Shown here one piece after another: positions 1 to 8,840 of a stretch of DNA of 64,000 nucleotides. Both the position numbers and the translations under genes were made by a program. A model generated the notes under the pieces. That model was not told the DNA's origin, did no database searches, and was given only the letters and a program-made list of their open reading frames with translations. Numbering within the stretch: position 1 is the first letter of the stretch; each line of letters starts with the position of its first letter. This DNA is from Candidatus Amunia macphersoniae (GTDB taxonomy: Bacteria; Chloroflexota; Dormibacteria; Aeolococcales; Aeolococcaceae): assembly GCA_016464795.1 (NCBI GenBank), contig JAEKNN010000005.1, positions 65,483 through 129,482 on the forward strand. The letters are read 5' to 3'.

Positions 1-1
1 C

Positions 2-964
2 CTCCTCTCATGGCTGCGCTGGGCGTGCCGGATGGGCACGAGTGCGGCCGCGAGACGGCTGCACATGGCCCGGCAGCTCATCGAGTTGCCCCAGACCGAG
101 AGCGCCTGGCGGAGCGGAGCCATCAGCAGCGGCCATGCCGCGGTGATCGGCCGCGCGGTGGACGAGGTGGGCGCCGAGCACGCCCGTAGCGCCGAGCCGA
201 CCCTTCTTGAAGCCGCTGAGCATATGAACCCGGGGCATGTGTGGTTGGTGGGGCAGCAGATTCGCCATACCGTCGACCCTGACGGTGCGCTGGCAGCGAG
301 CAACGCTGCGTACGCCCGGCGCCGGCTCAACCTCACCACCAACATCGACGGGGCGCTGGAGCTCGCCGGGCTGTTCGACGCCGAGGGGGGCGCTGTCCTG
401 CGCACGGCCATCGATGCCCTCACCCGACCTCTGCCGGGCGATCAACGCATCTCCGCGCAGCGTCGTGCTGACGCGCTTGTCGAGCTGGCGCGTCGCCAAC
501 TCGATGGCGGGGTCCTGCCAGGAGCTGGTGGCCAGCGACCACACCTGAACATCACCGTCTCCGCAGGCGCCCTTCGTCGGGAGGACGACGCGCCACCGGC
601 TGAGCTCGAGTGGGTCGGCCCGATCACCGCTGACACGGTCCGCCGCTTGGGATGCGACGCGGTCCGGTGTACGCTGGTCCTGGACGAGCGCGGCTCCCCC
701 TTGAGTGTCGGCCGAGCCACCAGAACCATCTCTCCGGCGTTGCGTCGCGCTCTGATCGTTCGTGACCGTGGCTGTCGCTTCCCCGGCTGCGACCGGCCGC
801 CGAGCTGGACGGATGCGCACCACCTGGTCCATTGGGCCGACGAAGGCGACACTGAGATCAAGAATCTGGTTCTGTTGTGCCGTCCCCACCATCGCTTCGT
901 CCATGAGGAGGGGTGGACGCTGCGGTGGGGCGATGGGGCAGAGGTCCTCGCTACCCCGCCGTAG
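2..964 (+). CDS. HNH endonuclease domain protein of the DUF222/13E12-repeat type, 5' end truncated by the window edge
   Basis: C-terminal motif CRFPGCDRP...DAHHLVHWADEGDTEIKNLVLLCRPHHRFVHEEGW is a canonical HNH nuclease signature. The upstream part matches the conserved DUF222 region (EPTLLEAA...DPDG). The reading frame is open to nt 2, so roughly 90 N-terminal residues lie outside the window. Confidence 0.75.
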   Translation, partial: LLSWLRWACRMGTSAAARRLHMARQLIELPQTESAWRSGAISSGHAAVIGRAVDEVGAEHARSAEPTLLEAAEHMNPGHVWLVGQQIRHTVDPDGALAASNAAYARRRLNLTTNIDGALELAGLFDAEGGAVLRTAIDALTRPLPGDQRISAQRRADALVELARRQLDGGVLPGAGGQRPHLNITVSAGALRREDDAPPAELEWVGPITADTVRRLGCDAVRCTLVLDERGSPLSVGRATRTISPALRRALIVRDRGCRFPGCDRPPSWTDAHHLVHWADEGDTEIKNLVLLCRPHHRFVHEEGWTLRWGDGAEVLATPP

Positions 965-1060
965 TTGAGGCCGTGGCGCCCTCACCATGGTCGACACCCG
1001 CGGTTCACGCCCCGACGGCGCCGGCCTTCGCTTCTCCAGCGGCCCTTATACTCGGCCCAC

Positions 1061-2443
1061 ATGGCCGACGGTCCGCGGGCAGTGATCCTCGCTGCCGGAG
1101 ACGGCACGCGGATGCGCAGTGCCCTTCCCAAGGTGTTGCACCAGCTTGCTGGCCGCGCCCTCATCGACCACGTCATCGATGCCGCCACCGCTGTCACCAG
1201 CCGGCAGCCTGTGGTCATCGTCGGCGCGGGAAGAACCGACGTGGTGGCGGCTATCGGTCCGCGTGCCGAGTGTGTGGAGCAGTCCGAAGCTAGCGGGACC
1301 GGTGACGCGCTCCGCTCCGTTCCGGAGAGGCTGCGCGGGCCCGGCGAGGTCCTGGTACTTTCCGGCGATGTGCCGCTGGTGCGCCCCCAAACCCTGGGGC
1401 GCCTGATCGACCATCACCGCCGCACCAGGGCGGCGGCCACGCTGCTCACGGCGATGCCGGCAAATCCCCGGGGTCTGGGCCGCGTTTACCGTGATCCTGA
1501 GACGGGTCGAGTGGTGCGCACCATTGAAGAGCGGGATCTCCCACCGGGCGCGTACGCGCCGCCCGAGGTGGCCGCGGGCGTTTACGTCTTCAACGCGGCC
1601 AAGCTGTGGCCTGCGCTCGGCCGCATCAACAACAGCAACGCCCAGGGCGAGTATTACCTGCCCGACGTCCTGCCCCTGCTTGGGGGCCACGTCGAGGCCA
1701 TGCTCCTCGCCGACGCAGAGGAGGCGCTCGGGGTCAACGATCGCTCGCAACTGGCCACAGCGGAATCCGTGATCCGCGCACGAATCCTGGAGCGGCTCAT
1801 GGCAGACGGCGTCACCATCGAAGATCCGACCAGCACGTACGTCGACGCGGCGGTTCGGGTGGGTCGCGATTCTGTGATCCGACCAATGTCCTTCCTCCGC
1901 GGAACCACAGTCCTCGGGGAGGGTTGCCAGATCGGTCCGATGGCACAGCTCACAGATGTCACGGCCGGTACCCGGGTGATCGTCGGTTCCTCACACGTCG
2001 AAGCCAGCGAGCTCGGAGACGGAGTCGTCATCGGATCATTCAATCGCGTGCGGCCGGGAAGCGTGCTGGCGCCGGGCGTATCGATGGGGACGCATGCCGA
2101 GGTCAAGAACAGCCACATCGGCGCAGGCAGCCGCATCAACCACCTCTCGTGCGTCCTCGACAGCGACCTCGGGGAGCAGGTGAACGTCGGTGCCGGCGCG
2201 GTCACCTGCAACTTCGACGGCAGCGGCAAGCACCGCACAGTGATCGAGGATGGGGTGTTCGTCGGAACCAACAGCACACTGGTTGCGCCCCTGACCATCC
2301 ACCGTGACGCCTACGTCGCGGCGGGCTCGATCGTCAACGAGGATGTCCCTGAGGGTGCCCTGGCGGTCGGCCGCGGCCGACAGCGGAACGTCGAGGGCTG
2401 GTCCGCACGCCGGCGCAACCGACCGGTGAAGGCGCCTGGATGA
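1061..2443 (+). CDS. glmU: Bifunctional UDP-N-acetylglucosamine pyrophosphorylase / glucosamine-1-phosphate N-acetyltransferase
   Basis: N-terminal nucleotidyltransferase motif ILAAGDGTRMRSALPKVLH. C-terminal left-handed beta-helix hexapeptide repeats. ATG at 1061 (MADGPRAV). Conserved pairing with the downstream prs gene. Confidence 0.93.
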   Translation: MADGPRAVILAAGDGTRMRSALPKVLHQLAGRALIDHVIDAATAVTSRQPVVIVGAGRTDVVAAIGPRAECVEQSEASGTGDALRSVPERLRGPGEVLVLSGDVPLVRPQTLGRLIDHHRRTRAAATLLTAMPANPRGLGRVYRDPETGRVVRTIEERDLPPGAYAPPEVAAGVYVFNAAKLWPALGRINNSNAQGEYYLPDVLPLLGGHVEAMLLADAEEALGVNDRSQLATAESVIRARILERLMADGVTIEDPTSTYVDAAVRVGRDSVIRPMSFLRGTTVLGEGCQIGPMAQLTDVTAGTRVIVGSSHVEASELGDGVVIGSFNRVRPGSVLAPGVSMGTHAEVKNSHIGAGSRINHLSCVLDSDLGEQVNVGAGAVTCNFDGSGKHRTVIEDGVFVGTNSTLVAPLTIHRDAYVAAGSIVNEDVPEGALAVGRGRQRNVEGWSARRRNRPVKAPG

Positions 2444-3405
2444 GCGAGCCCTACCAGTTCGGCGACCTCATGCTGCTCAGCGGCACCGGCAACCCGGAGC
2501 TGAGCGAAAGAATCGCGCGCGAGATCGACCTCCCGCTGGCGAGCATGGAGATCACCCGCTTCGAAGACGGTGAGTTCGATGTCAAGATCGCCGAGTCGGT
2601 GCGCGGCCGAGATCTCTTCCTCATCCAGCCCACCTGTCATCCCGTCAGCGACAACCTGATCCAGCTGTTCGTCATCCTCGATGCACTGCGGCGGGCGTCG
2701 GCATCGCGGATCACCGCAGTGATCCCGTACTACGGCTACCAGCGCAAAGAGAAGAAGACCCAACCGCGTGATCCCATCAGCGCCAAGCTGATGGCCAACA
2801 TCATCGAGCTGGCCGGCGCCAACAGGGTGATCGCGGTGGACCTTCATGCTGACGCCATCCAAGGATTCTTCGACATTCCCGTCGACGCCCTCACCGCCAC
2901 CAAGATCCTGGCCCGCCGGGTGCGCGAGCGCCATGGACACAACGTCGTCGTCGTCTCCCCGGACACCGGGGGGGCCCTGCGTGCCCGCCGGCTCGGCCGC
3001 ATCCTCGACGCACCGATAGCGATCATCGACAAGCGACGCCCGCGCGACGACCAGACCGAGGTGATCAACGTCATCGGTGACGTGGACGGCTCGCACTGCA
3101 TCATCGTCGACGATCTAATCAGCACCGGCTCGACTCTCGCCAACGCCGCCGTTGCCCTTCGCGGCAAGGGTGCCACCGGGGTTGACGTGGTGGCGACCCA
3201 CGGCGTGCTCACTGAAGGATCTCTCTCCCGTCTTCATGCGGCGCCGATCGACGAGATCTGCATCACCGACACCATCCCGCTCCACGACGGCTCGCGCAGC
3301 TTCGACGACCACCCGCGCCTGCGCGTTCTCAGCGTCGCCCCGCTGATCGCTGAAGCGATAGTGCGCGTCCACGAAGGTCGCAGTGTCAGCGAGCTTTTTC
3401 GGTGA
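2440..3405 (+). CDS. prs: Ribose-phosphate pyrophosphokinase (PRPP synthetase)
   Basis: Motifs FSGTGNPELSERIA, YYGYQRKEKK, PRPP-binding loop VDDLISTGST. The ATG overlaps the glmU stop (ATGA), indicating translational coupling. Confidence 0.95.
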   Translation: MSEPYQFGDLMLLSGTGNPELSERIAREIDLPLASMEITRFEDGEFDVKIAESVRGRDLFLIQPTCHPVSDNLIQLFVILDALRRASASRITAVIPYYGYQRKEKKTQPRDPISAKLMANIIELAGANRVIAVDLHADAIQGFFDIPVDALTATKILARRVRERHGHNVVVVSPDTGGALRARRLGRILDAPIAIIDKRRPRDDQTEVINVIGDVDGSHCIIVDDLISTGSTLANAAVALRGKGATGVDVVATHGVLTEGSLSRLHAAPIDEICITDTIPLHDGSRSFDDHPRLRVLSVAPLIAEAIVRVHEGRSVSELFR

Positions 3406-3460
3406 CCACACCGTCAGAGTCGCGCGCTGAACCCGCCAGCACGGCCACATCACGCCGGCA

Positions 3461-4771
3461 ATGAGCGCACTCGTAGGCCTCCTGGTGGTGGCTCTCATGC
3501 TCGCCGCGTTCGCCGCGGCATCCGAGACGGCGCTCACCTCGGTGAGCCGTCTGCGCATGCGGTTGATGGCTGAGGAGGGCAACCGTCACGCCGCCGTGGT
3601 GGTACGACTTCACAACGATCCCAACGCGTACCTGTCAACCATTCTCAGCGTCAACACGGTTGCCGTGATCGTGGCCTCGACCACCTCCACCCTGATCATC
3701 GCCAACACCCATCCCGACTTCCCCGAGGCAGCTGGGACGGCCATCCTCTCGGTGATCGTGCTGGTGTTCTGCGAGATCGCCCCGAAGTCGTTGGCGCTGC
3801 GCTTCAACGAACGTCTGGCGCTGGTGCTCGCCCGCCCCGTGGCAACGCTGACCCGTTTGTTGCGCCCGCTGGTCGGCCTGCTGACCCTGATCAGCAACTC
3901 ACTGTTGCGCGTGGCCACACGAGGCCGCAACGTTGTCGGTCCCTTCGTCACCGAGGAGGAGCTCAAGCTCATGGTCAGCCTCGGCCAGCAGCAGGGAGTC
4001 GTCGAGTACGGTGAGCAGGAGATGATTCACGGCATCCTGGAGATGACCGACATGACTGTGCGCGAGGTGATGGTCCCGCGCATCGATGTCATCGCCATCG
4101 AGTCCCACAGAACGGTCGCTGAGCTTATCGACCTGGTGATTCAGCACGGGCACTCGCGCATCCCGGTGTTCGAGGAGTCGATGGACAACATCGTCGGCGT
4201 GGTGTACGCCAAGGACCTGCTCCGCGCTGCTGCCCGTGCCGATGATCAACGACCGGTGACCACGTTGATGCGCGACACCTATTTCACCCCCGAGGTCAAA
4301 CACGTTGGTGAGCTTCTCAAGGAGATGCAACAGCGCAAGGTGCACATGGCCGTGGTCGTCGAGGAGCACGGTGGCACCGCTGGGATCGTCACCTTCGAAG
4401 ACCTGATCGAGGAGATCGTCGGCCCCATCCGTGACGAGTACGACGTCGCCGAGCAGGAAGAGGTGCAGTTTCTCAACGACTGCGAGGTACTCCTCAACGC
4501 TCGCTTTCCGGTGGACGACATCAAGGACTTGCTCCACCTCGACATCGGTGAGACCGAGTCCGACTCCATCGGTGGCCTTGTCTACGAACGCCTGGGCAGG
4601 ATCCCCGCTGTGGGAGCGACAGTTGCGCTCGGCGAGGCCACCCTCACGGTCGAGCAACTGCGCCGTCAGAGCATCCAGCTGGTGCGGATCACGTCGCCCA
4701 ATCCCTTCCTCAACGAGGTCAACGGCGCCGCTCGACCGCCCGTCGACCAGGAGCACGGGGGCACGGGGTAG
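3461..4771 (+). CDS. CNNM/CorC/TlyC-family membrane protein (DUF21 transmembrane domain + CBS pair + CorC_HlyC domain), putative Mg/Co efflux
   Basis: N-terminal 4-TM DUF21-like region (ALMLAAFAAASETAL...). Tandem CBS motifs (TVREVMVPRIDV..., HSRIPVF..., KVHMAVVVEEHGGTAGIVTFEDLIEEIVG). C-terminal CorC_HlyC-like segment. Confidence 0.85.
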   Translation: MSALVGLLVVALMLAAFAAASETALTSVSRLRMRLMAEEGNRHAAVVVRLHNDPNAYLSTILSVNTVAVIVASTTSTLIIANTHPDFPEAAGTAILSVIVLVFCEIAPKSLALRFNERLALVLARPVATLTRLLRPLVGLLTLISNSLLRVATRGRNVVGPFVTEEELKLMVSLGQQQGVVEYGEQEMIHGILEMTDMTVREVMVPRIDVIAIESHRTVAELIDLVIQHGHSRIPVFEESMDNIVGVVYAKDLLRAAARADDQRPVTTLMRDTYFTPEVKHVGELLKEMQQRKVHMAVVVEEHGGTAGIVTFEDLIEEIVGPIRDEYDVAEQEEVQFLNDCEVLLNARFPVDDIKDLLHLDIGETESDSIGGLVYERLGRIPAVGATVALGEATLTVEQLRRQSIQLVRITSPNPFLNEVNGAARPPVDQEHGGTG

Positions 4772-4834
4772 AGCGACCTCGCAGGCCGGCCCGAGCCCGA
4801 CGCCTGGTCCTCCCCAACCCCGACACTGATCCCC

Positions 4835-5587
4835 ATGCCGACCTACGTCACCGACGGCGTCATCCTGCGTCGGGTCGACTACGGCGAGGCCGACCGGATC
4901 CTCACCGTGCTGACCCGGGACCACGGCAAGATCGGCGTCATCGCGCGCGGCGTCCGCAAGTCGGGCAGCCGGATGGCTGCCCACACCGACCTGTTCGCGC
5001 GCAGCCGCATGCAACTGGCTCGTGGTCGGGGTGAGCTGGATGTCCTGACTCAGGCGGAGACGCTGGGTCCGCACGCGCCGCTCGGTGATGCCCGCCGCGC
5101 CGCTTGCGCATCGGTGTGCGCGGAGCTGGCCGACCGCGTGCTGGAGAGCAACCACCCCGACGAGGAGACCTTCCAACTCGTCGCCGACGCGCTTGCCGAC
5201 TGCACCGACGACGACCGCGACCCACGCGCAGCCCTGGTCTGGTTGAGTCGCCGGATGATCGACCGCCTCGGCTACGCACCCCAGCTGTACCGGTGCGCGT
5301 CGTGCTCGACGATCCTTCCCCAGGTGAGTGCCTGGTTCAGCGCCGTGGCCGGCGGACTGCTCTGCGTGGGTTGTGCCGTCGCTGATCTTGGCGCTGTCGA
5401 GTGCTCCGTGCGGGTGATCAAGGTCCTCCGTGTCGCCGCAGACGGCGATGCCGCCCTGTACCGCCGCCTGCGTCTCGACGAGGCTGAGCTGGTCACCCTG
5501 GAGATGGTCGCGGAGCGTGAGCTTGCCCAACATCTCGACCGTCAGCTGCGCTCGCTCCCCGTGCTGCGGGCCATCGAGCGACGCTGA
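4835..5587 (+). CDS. recO: DNA repair protein RecO
   Basis: N-terminal OB-fold signature VILRRVDYGEADRILTVLTRDHGKIGVIARG. Internal zinc-finger CASCS...CVGC. Length is typical of RecO. Confidence 0.9.
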   Translation: MPTYVTDGVILRRVDYGEADRILTVLTRDHGKIGVIARGVRKSGSRMAAHTDLFARSRMQLARGRGELDVLTQAETLGPHAPLGDARRAACASVCAELADRVLESNHPDEETFQLVADALADCTDDDRDPRAALVWLSRRMIDRLGYAPQLYRCASCSTILPQVSAWFSAVAGGLLCVGCAVADLGAVECSVRVIKVLRVAADGDAALYRRLRLDEAELVTLEMVAERELAQHLDRQLRSLPVLRAIERR

Positions 5588-5598
5588 GGAGATGCGGG

Positions 5599-7827
5599 TC
5601 AGCCGAGGCTGACCATGGAGTCGAAGATGGCGTCGCCGTTGCTGTGATCACCGTTCCACTGGTCGCTGGGTGCGAAGACCACGCCGATCACCACGGCGCC
5701 GTCGGCGGTCACTCCAGAGCCGATGCGAAGGTCGCCGTTGTTGTAGCTGTAGTACGCCTCGTTGGCGCCTGACAGGCCAAGGAAGTAGGGCGCCGTCTGC
5801 TCCTGCGTGAATTGTGGTGACACCCCGCCGGGGAGGAATCCGGTGAGGTTGAAGAACTGGTCGCGGAACGCCTTGGCCTCAGTGGCCTTGTCGGTGCCGG
5901 CGGCGACGCTCGGGTTCTGGAAGCGCAGCACGTAGACGCCGGAGGTGTGGTCCGAGCTGACCAGGCCGCCGGAGAATCCCTGCAACACGTTGGTGGTGTC
6001 CACCTTCCACTCCGGAGGCCGGCAGACTGAGGCACCGACATCAGCGAGCTGGGCCGCGCTCAGGGTGGGCAGGGTGGCATCTGTCCGGGCCGCCCCCGCG
6101 AGATGACCGTTGACGTACACCTCGACCTTATAGCTGCCGGGCTGCAGGCATTGCTGAGCCACCTGCAGATAGCGGGTGATGTAGTAGTAGCCGTTGACAC
6201 CGCCGGACGAGTTGGCCACCGGAGTCGAGTTGCCGCTGACTGGTTCGAGCACTGCCCAACCGAGCTTGGCGGGCCCCTGGTAGTACCACTGCGTGGAGAT
6301 CTCGTCCTTGGTGGGGTCGTAGCCAGACAGTTTTGCCGTCCACTGCAGCTCCCCGCCGAACACCTGGATGGCGGTGTTGGCTAGTCGCACGGTGGCTTGG
6401 GAAGAAGGCATCGTGGGATTGTCGACACCGCCGATGATCAGCTCCTTCATCGCCGAGACCTGCGCTGCGAGGTCTGGTCGATGTGATGCCAGCAGGTCGA
6501 GCGGGGTCAACGCCCCACCTGCGTATCCCTCTTCGACGAAAGTATTGTTGCGCGGCGTCTTCTTGTCGACGTCCGTGTAGAGAGTGTGCGCAACCGCCTG
6601 CTGGTAGGCATCACGTGCGGCACTGAGGTCACCCGCGCCCAGGTGGGCGATCCCCTCGTTGTAGTAGAGGAGAGGATCAGCGCTGTCCAGCTTCAGAGCA
6701 TCGGCGAGGTAGCCGAGCGAGGTCGAGTAATCAACCGGGCGGTTGTCGGCGATGGCCAGCAGCAGGCGGTTGGCGGCGAGGTTGTTGAGCAATTGCTTGT
6801 CGCGATCACCAAGGCTGTACGCCATCTGCAGGTCGTCGCCCTGCGCCTGCAGGGCCTGCGCCGAGCTCACGCTGACGATGAGGTCGCTGCGCTGTGGTGA
6901 GCCGAGCAGGAAGCGCACCAGCGATCGGTGGAGGTATGCGTTGGCGAAGGTGGGACGCAGCGCGATCGCGCTGCTGAACGCGTCGTCGGCTGCGCGTAGA
7001 CCGCTGTCCCCGGGCTTCGAGTAGAAGGTGTTCATGGCCGCGACGCCATCGGCATATGCGTCCGCGGCAGCGTCGGGTGCCGCCACCGGGGTTCCGAACT
7101 GCAGCGCGACAGTCCACACCCCGCCCACGGCGACGAGCAGCAGCCCGAGCCCCACCAGCATCCGGCGCATCCGAGCCTGCAGGGTCAGCGACAGCCCGAA
7201 GAGGTAGATGGCCACGGCGAACAGGGTCAGCATCACTGACAGATAGCCGACCCTGGCCTGCCAGTCGGCCCGCAGCTGGTTGGAGGCGTCCTGCAAGGCG
7301 AAGAGGCGATCACTGGCGTGCTGCTTGGCGGTCAGCTCGAGGTTGGGGAACCTCGGGTCCTGCGCGGGCGCGCTGTTGCCGTCGGCCTTGAGGTCGGACA
7401 GCTGGCCGGTGAGCGCGGCGAGCTGGGTCCAGCGGGTCTCCTCGAGCTGGAGCAGGCCGGCCTGGGCGGAGCCCGCCGTGATGGTGGGCAGGAGGAACTG
7501 CTGGAAGGCGTTGCCTGCGCGTGCTCGCTGTTCGGCGCTGTACGCGAACGCCTCGATCTGGGTGCGCGCTGCATCGTTGGCCCGGACCAGCTCGCCCTGG
7601 CGCTGGATGCCGAGCAGCTGGGCCTCGCCGCCGGCGCGGTCGGCATTGTTGTCGGCAACGCTGTGCAGGTACTCGATGCAGGCCACACCGAGAGTGGACA
7701 CGACGATGAGAACCGCGAGCACCCTTGCGAATCTCTCGCGCATCTCGTGCGCCTCAGGGACCTCGATGCGCTCGGGCGGCTTGTACATGCCCACCCCTAG
7801 GCCCCCAGCTTGAGCACGACGAGCCAC
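5599..7827 (-). CDS. Large polytopic membrane protein with an N-terminal TM - coiled-coil - 2xTM module followed by a TPR-like region and a C-terminal extracytoplasmic domain (hypothetical)
   Basis: Hydrophobic helices VLAVLIVVSTLGVACIEYL, VGYLSVMLTLFAVAIYLFGLSL and MLVGLGLLLVAVGGVWTVALQF. Ala-rich helical repeats with TPR character (AYLHRSLVRFLLG, LYYNEGIAHLGAGDLSAARDAYQQA). The N-terminal module is paralogous to the downstream 291-aa ORF. Confidence 0.6.
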   Translation of the reverse strand: MARRAQAGGLGVGMYKPPERIEVPEAHEMRERFARVLAVLIVVSTLGVACIEYLHSVADNNADRAGGEAQLLGIQRQGELVRANDAARTQIEAFAYSAEQRARAGNAFQQFLLPTITAGSAQAGLLQLEETRWTQLAALTGQLSDLKADGNSAPAQDPRFPNLELTAKQHASDRLFALQDASNQLRADWQARVGYLSVMLTLFAVAIYLFGLSLTLQARMRRMLVGLGLLLVAVGGVWTVALQFGTPVAAPDAAADAYADGVAAMNTFYSKPGDSGLRAADDAFSSAIALRPTFANAYLHRSLVRFLLGSPQRSDLIVSVSSAQALQAQGDDLQMAYSLGDRDKQLLNNLAANRLLLAIADNRPVDYSTSLGYLADALKLDSADPLLYYNEGIAHLGAGDLSAARDAYQQAVAHTLYTDVDKKTPRNNTFVEEGYAGGALTPLDLLASHRPDLAAQVSAMKELIIGGVDNPTMPSSQATVRLANTAIQVFGGELQWTAKLSGYDPTKDEISTQWYYQGPAKLGWAVLEPVSGNSTPVANSSGGVNGYYYITRYLQVAQQCLQPGSYKVEVYVNGHLAGAARTDATLPTLSAAQLADVGASVCRPPEWKVDTTNVLQGFSGGLVSSDHTSGVYVLRFQNPSVAAGTDKATEAKAFRDQFFNLTGFLPGGVSPQFTQEQTAPYFLGLSGANEAYYSYNNGDLRIGSGVTADGAVVIGVVFAPSDQWNGDHSNGDAIFDSMVSLG

Positions 7828-8672
7828 AGCGCCACGCCGCTGACGGCAGCGACAGCGCCCGCCCCGGCGAACATCCGCCTGATCGTGGGGCGGGTGAACT
7901 GGGCGAGAGTGAGGAAGAGCAGCGCGGCGACGAAGAGGGTCACCAGCCCCACCAGGTTCACCGATTCGGTGTGCTTGGTGTCAGCCTGATCGCGGATCGC
8001 GTCAGGGCGCAGCTGTTGCAGGTCGGAGTTGTTGTTCTCGAGCGTCTGCAGCGCGGCTTTGGCGTCGTACTTGAGAGGGGCGGTGGCGTCGGTCGCGGAG
8101 GGCAGCGCGGCTTGGAAGAAACCCTGCCAGCTCCGCGCCAGGACGCGTTCGCTCTCGGCTTGGGCATGCAACAGGGCGGCGCTGGCGGGGTCGGATGACT
8201 GCAGCGCGGTGGCCTGGGCATCGAGTGTCTGGGCCGCCTTGATGTGCTCCTGGTAGGGCGCCAGGTAGCGCAGGTCCTCGTCGACAGTTGCCTGCAGGTC
8301 GGTGATGATCTGCTGCTGGCGAGAGGCATCCTGGATGCCCTGCTGGTCGAGCCGGCGGGCGTCCTGCTCGGTGAGGGTGGCGCTGAACGCGACCACGGCG
8401 CCGAGGATGGACACGACCGCGATGGCGATGGCCACCCAGGTGCGGAACCGATCCTCAGGCTCGCCGGCCTCCACCGTCGACTCGAGGTCGGCCATGGTCA
8501 TGGCGCCAGTCAACAGCGATGGTGTGGCGAGCGGCTCCTCGTCGCCGAGCTCGGACGGATGCTGATGCCGAGGGGAGAAAGGCGGAGGTGGCGGCGGGGG
8601 AGGAGGCGTCCACGCGTTGCTGTCGTCCGGCATGGCAACGGATCTTACGCACGCCCCGGCGGTTGCCTGCAA
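7797..8672 (-). CDS. Membrane protein, a paralog of the N-terminal module of the preceding gene (Pro-rich N-terminus, TM, coiled coil, two C-terminal TMs)
   Basis: PPPPPPPPPF run. TM helix WVAIAIAVVSILGAVVAF. Coiled-coil region with Q/A-rich heptads. C-terminal TMs LVGLVTLFVAALLFLTLAQF and AGAGAVAAVSGVALWLVVL. The segment RMFAGAGAV aligns with RRMLVGLGLL of the 742-aa protein. Confidence 0.55.
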   Translation of the reverse strand: MQATAGACVRSVAMPDDSNAWTPPPPPPPPPFSPRHQHPSELGDEEPLATPSLLTGAMTMADLESTVEAGEPEDRFRTWVAIAIAVVSILGAVVAFSATLTEQDARRLDQQGIQDASRQQQIITDLQATVDEDLRYLAPYQEHIKAAQTLDAQATALQSSDPASAALLHAQAESERVLARSWQGFFQAALPSATDATAPLKYDAKAALQTLENNNSDLQQLRPDAIRDQADTKHTESVNLVGLVTLFVAALLFLTLAQFTRPTIRRMFAGAGAVAAVSGVALWLVVLKLGA

Positions 8673-8840
8673 ACCTCCACAGCCGAACCCGCGCGCGGGA
8701 GGGGCGTCGGAGCCCGGCCGACACGGCTCGTCCGTGGTGTCACACAGGGCGCCGCTGCTGTCCTAGACTACCGCGAGCTTCGGCCGGTTCGGGCCGATTT
8801 CGGTAGGAGGGGGCGCCGATCGGCGGCGCGGAGGAAACAC

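Noticed and set aside
8-997. 329-aa ORF on the minus strand antisense to the HNH gene
   Set aside because: It has no recognisable domain, an Arg/Ala/Pro-rich composition typical of antisense frames in ~70% GC DNA, and fully overlaps a gene with clear homology.
3899-5533. Long antisense or overlapping ORFs throughout the window (for example 3899-5533-, 9504-10241-, 10613-11908-, 12732-13859-, 13796-14623-, 18202-19062+, 44566-46614-, 51263-53362-)
   Set aside because: Each overlaps a confidently assigned gene on the other strand or in another frame, has low-complexity Arg/Gly/Ala/Pro-rich translations, and has no motif support. They are high-GC open-frame artefacts.
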